DNA of 62,772 bases. It comes from Macrostomum lignano. Taxonomy: Eukaryota. Shown here piece after piece: positions 56,318 to 62,772 of the stretch. The notes beneath the pieces are model-generated. The model was not told where the DNA came from, made no database searches, and was given only the letters and a program-made list of their open reading frames with translations. Numbering within the stretch: position 1 is the stretch's first letter; every line of letters starts with the position of its first letter. The stretch covers positions 1 to 62,772 of the forward strand of contig NIVC01003522.1 in NCBI GenBank assembly GCA_002269645.1, given 5' to 3'. The position numbers and the translations under genes were made by a program.

Positions 56318-57672
56318 ACTGACTGTCCGTGTCAGTCTAAATCTACTGACAGCCTGTGTCAGTCTAAATCTACTGACAGCCTGTGTCAGTCTAAATCTAC
56401 TGACAGTCCATGTCAGTCTAAATCTACTGACAGCCTGTGTCAGTCTAAATCTACTGACAGTCCATGTCAGTCTAAATCTACTGACAGCCTGTGTCAGTCT
56501 AAATCTACTGACAGCCTGTGTCAGTCTAAATCTACTGACAGCCTGTGTTAGTCTAAATCTACTGACAGCCTGTGTCAGTCTAAATCTACTGACAGCCTGT
56601 GTCAGTCTAAATCTACTGACAGCCTGTGTCAGTCTAAATCTACTGACAGCCTGTGTTAGTCTAAATCTACTGACAGCCTGTGTCAGTCTAAATCTACTGA
56701 CAGCCTGTGTCAGTCTAAATCTACTGACAGCCTGTGTCAGTCTAAATCTACTGACAGCCTGTGTCAGTCTAAATCTACTGACAGCCTGTGTCAGTCTAAA
56801 TCTACTGACAGCCTGTGTCAGTCTAAATCTACTGACAGTCCATGTCAGTCTAAATCTACTGACAGCCTGTCAGTCTAAATCTACTGACAGCCTGTGTCAG
56901 TCTAAATCTACTGACAGCCTGTGTCAGTCTAAATCTACTGACAGTCCATGTCAGTCTAAATCTACTGACAGTGCATGTCAGTCTAAATCTACTGACAGCC
57001 TGTGTCAGTCTAAATCTACTGACAGCCTGTGTCAGTCTAAATCTACTGACAGTCCATGTCAGTCTAAATCTACTGACAGCCTGTGTCAGTCTAAATCTAC
57101 TGACAGTCCATGTCAGTCTAAATCTACTGACAGCCTGTGTCAGTCTAAATCTACTGACAGTCCATGTCAGTCTAAATCTACTGACAGCCTGTGTCAGTCT
57201 AAATCTACTGACAGCCTGTGTCAGTCTAAATCTACTGACAGTCCATGTCAGTCTAAATCTACTGACAGTCCATGTCAGTCTAAATCTACTGACAGTCCAT
57301 GTCAGTCTAAATCTACTGACAGCCTGTGTCAGTCTAAATCTACTGACAGCCTGTGTCAGTCTAAATCTACTGACAGCCTGTGTCAGTCTAAATCTACTGA
57401 CAGTCCATGTCAGTCTAAATCTACTGACAGTGCATGTCAGTCTAAATCTACTGACAGTCCATGTCAGTCTAAATCTACTGACAGTCCATGTCAGTCTAAA
57501 TCTACTGACAGCCTGTGTCAGTCTAAATCTACTGACAGCCTGTGTCAGTCTAAATCTACTGACAGCCTGTGTCAGTCTAAATCTACTGACAGCCTGTGTC
57601 AGTCTAAATCTACTGACAGCCTGTGTCAGTCTAAATCTACTGACAGTCCATGTCAGTCTAAATCTACTGACA
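56318..57672. repeat. 27-bp minisatellite, ~50 units, with internal inverted repeat
   Basis: CTGACAGCCTGTGTCAGTCTAAATCTA (CTGACA...TGTCAG). Confidence 0.96.
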
Positions 57673-57909
57673 GGAATTCCTTTTCGATGGTTATTGCAGG
57701 AAAAGCTTTTTTGAATTGTCAATACTTTTTAGGAGAAAATTTTTCGAGCCGTGACTAATATGGGTTTTACAGGAATTTTGAGCATCAAATACATCTTTTA
57801 TAAGTAATTTCCATGGTTTGAGGTTTTTTAATGTTTTGGTTTTACAATATGCTACTTAATTCCGGTAAGCTAACCAGAACGGTAGGCTGTGTCCACTCAG
57901 ATCACCGGG

Positions 57910-58290
57910 CTGTGTCCACCAAGATAACCTGTCTGTGTCCACCCAGAGAACCTGTCTGTGTCCACCCAGATAACTTGTCTGTGTCCACCCAGATAACCTG
58001 TCTGTGTCTACCCAGATAACCTGTCTGTGTCTACCCAGATAACCTGTCTGTGTCCACCCAGATAACTTGTCTGTGTCCACCCAGATAACCTGTCTGTGTC
58101 TACCCAGATAACCTGTCTGTGTCCACCCTGTCCACCCAGATAACCTGTCTGTGTCTACCCAGATAACTTGTCTGTGTCTACCCAGATAACCTGTCTGTGT
58201 CCACCCAGATAACTTGTCTGTGTCCACCCAGATAACCTGTCTGTGTCTACCCAGATAACCTGTCTGTGTCCACCTAGATACACTGTCTGT
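57910..58290. repeat. 23-bp minisatellite
   Basis: ACCCAGATAACCTGTCTGTGTC(C/T). Confidence 0.93.
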
Positions 58291-58344
58291 GCCCTTCAAA
58301 GCTAGACACTGCAGTCTTTAAAACGATCTACGCACCAAATCGAG

Positions 58345-58880
58345 TGTGGCGTCTCACCGGTTGGTGTCTCACCGGTTGGTGTCTCACCTGTTGGTGTCTC
58401 ACCGGTTGGTGTCTCACCGGTTGGCGTCTCACTGGTTGGCGTCTCACCGGTTGGTCTCACCGGTTGGTGTCTCACCGGTTGGTCTCACCAGTTGGTTTCA
58501 CCAGTTGGTGTCTCACCGGTTGGTCTCACCGGTTAGTGTCTCACCGGTTGGTTTCTCAACGGTTGGTCTCACCGGTTAGTTTCTCACCGGTTAGTGTCTC
58601 ACCGGTTAGTTTCTCACCGGTTGGTGTCTCACCGTTTGGTCTCACCGGTTAGTGTCTCACCGGTTGGTGTCTTACCGGTTGGTGTCTCACCGGTTGTTGT
58701 CTCACCGGTTAGTTTCTCACCGGTTGGTGTCTCACCGTTTGGTCTCACCGGTTAGTTTCTCACCGGTTGGTGTCTCACCGTTTGGTCTCACCGGTTAGTG
58801 TCTCACCGGTTGGCTTCTTTCCGGTTGGTGTCTCACCGGTTGGTGTCTCACCGGTTGGTGTTCTCGCGGTTGGTGTCTCA
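58345..58880. repeat. 12-15-bp minisatellite
   Basis: GTGTCTCACCGGTTG. Confidence 0.93.
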
Positions 58881-58903
58881 CTATTTTCCCGTCTCTCCCG
58901 CAG

Positions 58904-59626
58904 CCGTGTTCCGTGGCTCCCGAGGCCATCTCCGGTGGACTCACAGGGGCCATCGGCCTCTCTAACTTCATTGGCTGTGCGGTGCTGCTGGTCTCGGGCT
59001 GCGACAAATTCAGGAGCGTCGATTACTGCAGCCTGACCGCCGGCTTCCTCATCGTCGCGGCGGGCTGCACGTGCCTCCCCATGTGCCGCAGGGACTACAT
59101 GGCTCACCCGCTGCACCGGCAGGTCACTATCGCCACCCTGGTGCTGTCTGGCGTGGCCTGCTGCCTGGCGATCGCCGCCTTCTGGCTCTTCATCAATGGC
59201 GGCGGAATAGCGGAGACCTTCTCGTCTGAGCCGCCACTCGCCAGCTACGGCCCCGCGTTCAAGCGGCCTCCTCGGCCAGCCGGCCTCTGCGGCGACGCGG
59301 TGGGCATTTTTTGCTACTTCCTGGCCATCTGCATCCTGGGCTTAATCGCCAGCCTCACCCAGTTTCTGATTGTGGCCGCCCTGTGCTACTGCTTCTCCTA
59401 CTTGAAGCGACCGGAGCCTCCAGCAGCTGAGGAACAGCGGCCTGCCAGAAACTGGGAGACCTTCGGCTTGTTGCCCAGCCCGGCCCCCGCCGAGCCGCTG
59501 GTCCTCAACGAAGCCGAATGGCCGCCGCCGTCAGCTCCGCCAGCTGCTCCGCCAATTCCGTCCGCTCCTCCGCAGGCGGAGCCGGTGGACGAGGAGGCCC
59601 CGCCCCGTGCTACGATGAGGCTGTGA
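58904..59626 (+). CDS. Tetraspan membrane protein E; exon has no in-frame ATG at its start
   Basis: Strong acceptor tattttcccgtctctcccgcAG at 58903 followed in phase 0 by PCSVAPEAISGG; LPMCRRDY; GLCGD; two PSAP motifs in the tail. Confidence 0.8.
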   Translation, partial: PCSVAPEAISGGLTGAIGLSNFIGCAVLLVSGCDKFRSVDYCSLTAGFLIVAAGCTCLPMCRRDYMAHPLHRQVTIATLVLSGVACCLAIAAFWLFINGGGIAETFSSEPPLASYGPAFKRPPRPAGLCGDAVGIFCYFLAICILGLIASLTQFLIVAALCYCFSYLKRPEPPAAEEQRPARNWETFGLLPSPAPAEPLVLNEAEWPPPSAPPAAPPIPSAPPQAEPVDEEAPPRATMRL

Positions 59627-60406
59627 ACATGTGCTGACAGGTGAGCAGCTGCATCTGCGATGAGGCTGTGAACATATGCTGACAGGTGAGCAGCTGCATC
59701 TGCGATGAGGCTGTGAACATGTGCTGACAGGTGAGCAGCTGCATCTGCGATGAGGCTGTGAACATGTGCTGACAGGTGAGCAGCTGCATCTGCGATGAGG
59801 CTGCGAACATGTGCTGACAGGTGAGCAGCTGCATCTGCGATGAGGCTGTCAACATGTGCTGACAGGTGAGCAGCTGCATCTGCGATGAGGCTGTGAACAT
59901 GTGCTGACAGGTGAGCAGCTGCATCTGCGATGAGGCTGTCAACATGTGCTGACAGGTGAGCAGCTGCATCTGCGATGAGGCTGCGAACATGTGCTGACAG
60001 GTGAGCAGCTGCATCTGCGATGAGGCTATGAGGCTGCGAACATGTGCTGACAGGTGAGCAGCTGCATCTGCGATGAGGCTGTCAACATGTGCTGACAGGT
60101 GAGCAGCTGCATCTGCGATGAGGCTGTGAACATGTGCTGACAGGTGAGCAGCTGCATCTGCGATGAGGCTGTGAACATGTGCTGACAGGTGAGCAGCTGC
60201 ATCTGCGATGAGGCTATGAGGCTGCGAACATGTGCTGACAGGTGAGCAGCTGCATCTGCGATGAGGCTGTCAACATGTGCTGACAGGTGAGCAGCTGCAT
60301 CTGCGATGAGGCTGTGAACATGTGCTGACAGGTGAGCAGCTGCATCTGCGATGAGGCTGTGAACATGTGCTGACAGGTGAGCAGCTGCATCTGCGATGAG
60401 GCTGCG
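59613..60406. repeat. 45-bp minisatellite beginning in the last codons/stop of gene E
   Basis: CGATGAGGCTGTGAACATGTGCTGACAGGTGAGCAGCTGCATCTG, ~17 units. Confidence 0.96.
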
Positions 60407-60767
60407 CAGCGGGAGTGAAACAAGTTTCACGCGCTTCGAAAGTACTGTTGTGTTGATCCAGCGCCAGGTGTAAAAATTACCTGTAAAAAAATTAATGCTC
60501 TCCAATTAGTGCTTTTTTTAATCACAGCTAGATACAAATCGTATCTTATGCTTGCTGAGCTGAAAAATGTTTTCACCGATTTGCTCAGCAGTTTTCGCAC
60601 AGAATCTTCCGCTTCAACATGGCTGTGCTGTCATTCACTTCAGTTCTGCCGACCTGTTGTTGCCGCATATTGTTACACATTCCAATTACACCAAATCTTA
60701 CAGTTTACCTAGTCTCAGACTTTTACTGCCTTCATCAGTTTTTTTATGTTTTCAGTTAGGTAGCTAG

Positions 60768-61178
60768 TATTAAGCTTGTTAGATGCGAACTCGCCACAGG
60801 TGTAGGATTAAGCTTGTTAGATGCGAATTCGCCACAGGTGTAGGATTAAGCTTGTTAGATGCGAACTCGCCACAGGTGTAGGATTAAGCTTGTTAGATGC
60901 GAATTCGCCACAGGTGTAGGATTAAGCTTGTTAGATGCGAACTCGCCACAGGTGTAGGATTAAGCTTGTTAGATGCGAACTCGCCACAGGTGTAGGATTA
61001 AGCTTGTTAGATGCGAACTCGCCACAGGTGTAGGATTAAGCTTGTTAGATGCGAACTCGCCACAGGTGTAGTATTAAGCTTGTTAGATGCGAACTCGCCA
61101 CAGGTGTAGGATTAAGCTTGTTAGATGCGAACTCGCCACAGGTGTAGTATTAAGCTTGTTAGATGCGAACTCGCCACA
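60768..61178. repeat. 38-bp minisatellite, ~11 units
   Basis: TTAAGCTTGTTAGATGCGAACTCGCCACAGGTGTAGGA. Confidence 0.96.
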
Positions 61179-61677
61179 GTGTGACAAGTTCAGACAATCC
61201 CGGGCTCGATAAAGCCAGAGTGACACTGGAAAAGCATATGGAAGCCACTGGCACACTGCCAAATCAGCTGTCTCTTAAAGGGTCATCAGCAGCAGCAACA
61301 GCACGGTGGGAAGCGTATTATAAAGCGGGAGCGGCAGGGGTCTCTCATCAATAGTGGATTATCACTGAGACACTTCAGATTGGCTACTCAGACTCGTATA
61401 TTCTCTTGTTATCTTGCAGTCCACGGCGCTTTCATCAGCCATCATGCTGGAGGTTGCTCATTGATTGCTCATAATGACTGATCCAGCGCCAGTTGTGACC
61501 GATCCACCGGGCACCGGACCGCCGCCTGCGCCCGAGCCGTCGGCACCGTTCTGGTTGGGCGTTTCGAGACTCCAACTGTTGCTCTGTGAGCCGATTGGGA
61601 CTTGCAAAGAGTTGCAAGGCTTCTGATTAAGCCAAGCTGCTCACCAACCCTCAGACCTCTCCGCAAACCCCTCCGCA

Positions 61678-62103
61678 AGCTACTTCAGCTCCTCATTCAG
61701 CCACTTCAGCTACTTCAGCTCCTCATTCAGCCACTTCAGCTACTTCAGCTCCTCATTCAGCCACTTCAGCTGCTTCAGCTCCTCATTTAGCCACTTCAGC
61801 TGCTTCAGCTCCTCATTCAGCCACTTCAGCTACTTCAGCTCCTCATTTAGCCACTTCAGCTACTTCAGCTCCTCATTCAGCCACTTCAGCTACTTCAGCT
61901 CCTCATTCAGCCACTTCAGCCAATTCAGCTCCTCATTCAGCCACTTCAGCTCCTCATTCAGCTGCTTCAGCTCCTCATTCAGCCACTTCAGCTACTTTAG
62001 CTCCTCATTCAGCCACTTCAGCTACTTCAGCTCCTCATTCAGCCACTTCAGCTCCTCATTCAGCCACTTCAGCTCCTCATTCTGCTACTTCAGCACCTCA
62101 TTC
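61678..62103. repeat. 30-bp (21/30 variants) minisatellite
   Basis: CAGCCACTTCAGCTACTTCAGCTCCTCATT. Confidence 0.94.
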
Positions 62104-62454
62104 ATGCTTCTGCCCGTCTCTGGCCTACTTGAGGAAGAACTTCAAGCTGATGAACTCAGAGCTGCACTTTCGCCTCCTGCGGCTTCTGTCCATTTTGTCA
62201 GCGGTCTGCTTCGTGTTGTGGGCGGCCTTCTTTGTTGGCTACTTGGCCAGCGTCCGGCCGACCCGCAACGGTACGGAAATAATTGTGGGCCGGAAGTCCC
62301 GTACGAGACCTGCTTCTACAAGCAGCTGGTGGTCAGAGGCCTCACCTGCGTTGGCGTGGCCGCCTCGCTAGTTGGTGCCATCGCCTTCAACTTTGCCGTT
62401 GCGCGGCACAACGGCAGGCGGCCGAGACGGCGGCAGGCACTGGCGACCAATTAG
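62104..62454 (+). pseudogene. Partial or frameshifted membrane-protein gene F, probable divergent member of the tetraspan cluster
   Basis: Joining frames near 62120 and 62290 gives MLLPVLAYLRKNF...HFRLLRLLSILSAVCFVLWAAFFVGYL...NGT...ETCFYK..LTCVGVAASLVGAIAFNFAV-basic tail, matching the TM2-end/TM3/loop-Cys/TM4 layout; two corrections are needed. Confidence 0.5.
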
Positions 62455-62544
62455 CGATGCTGCGCTCTACCCTCAGCCTGGCGCGCCTCCCCAGGCTGCG
62501 GCGGGCACTTTGACTGCTGAGACCACATCTCAGGATGGAGAGCG

Positions 62545-62772
62545 AATGGGGATGGGAGATAGTGATTGGGGATGGGTGAGAGTGAGTGCGATGGAGAGAG
62601 TGATTGGGGATGGTGAGAGTGAGTGGCGATGGGAGAGAGTGATTGTTGGATGGGAGAAGTGATTGGGGATGGGTGAGAGTGAGTGGCGATGGGAGAGAGT
62701 GATTGGGATGGGAGATAGTGATTGGGGATGGGTGAGAGTGAGTGGCGATGGGAGAGAGTGATTGGGGATGGG
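62545..62772. repeat. Purine-rich degenerate minisatellite running off the window end
   Basis: GATTGGGGATGGGTGAGAGTGAGTGGCGATGGGAGAGAGT. Confidence 0.88.

Noticed and set aside
60768-61178. 38-bp repeats with GCGAA(C/T)TCGC hairpin as CRISPR-like repeats
   Set aside because: Head-to-tail units without spacers.

Overview
Eukaryotic (metazoan) genomic DNA with GT-AG introns, GC-rich exons and about 27 distinct minisatellite arrays covering roughly 23-24 kb (~38%, my hand sum). This style, and splice acceptors sitting just before start codons, suggest a free-living flatworm such as Macrostomum (inference, not proven). Contents: (1) A full-length LOA-like non-LTR retrotransposon (3034-8869, minus; ORF1 + APE-RT-RNaseH) in a 64-bp satellite, with a 9-bp TSD and a (TAAGTCAAG)2 tail. 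Its first 285 nt fold into a complete HDV-like self-cleaving ribozyme whose predicted cleavage site is exactly the element's 5' junction. (2) A recent Mag-like Ty3/gypsy LTR element (29392-33689) in an intron of kinesin-associated protein 3 (KIFAP3/KAP3). (3) Spliced host genes: an orphan with a possible KH-like domain, a rhodopsin-class peptide GPCR, a DXD glycosyltransferase, KAP3, and a proline-rich protein with duplicated CPI-like motifs. (4) A tandem cluster of 5-6 divergent, mostly single-exon tetraspan (MS4A/CD20-like) genes plus an internally deleted pseudogene; several tails carry PSAP/PPxY motifs. One member has a 22-fold in-frame LTAASLL expansion and one lacks its own ATG (possible spliced-leader-donated AUG). 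Several minisatellites are visibly born from local sequence (splice donors, a stop codon, a TM helix). Several single-base frameshifts, some at homopolymers, may be long-read consensus errors. No tRNA, rRNA or CRISPR array was seen.
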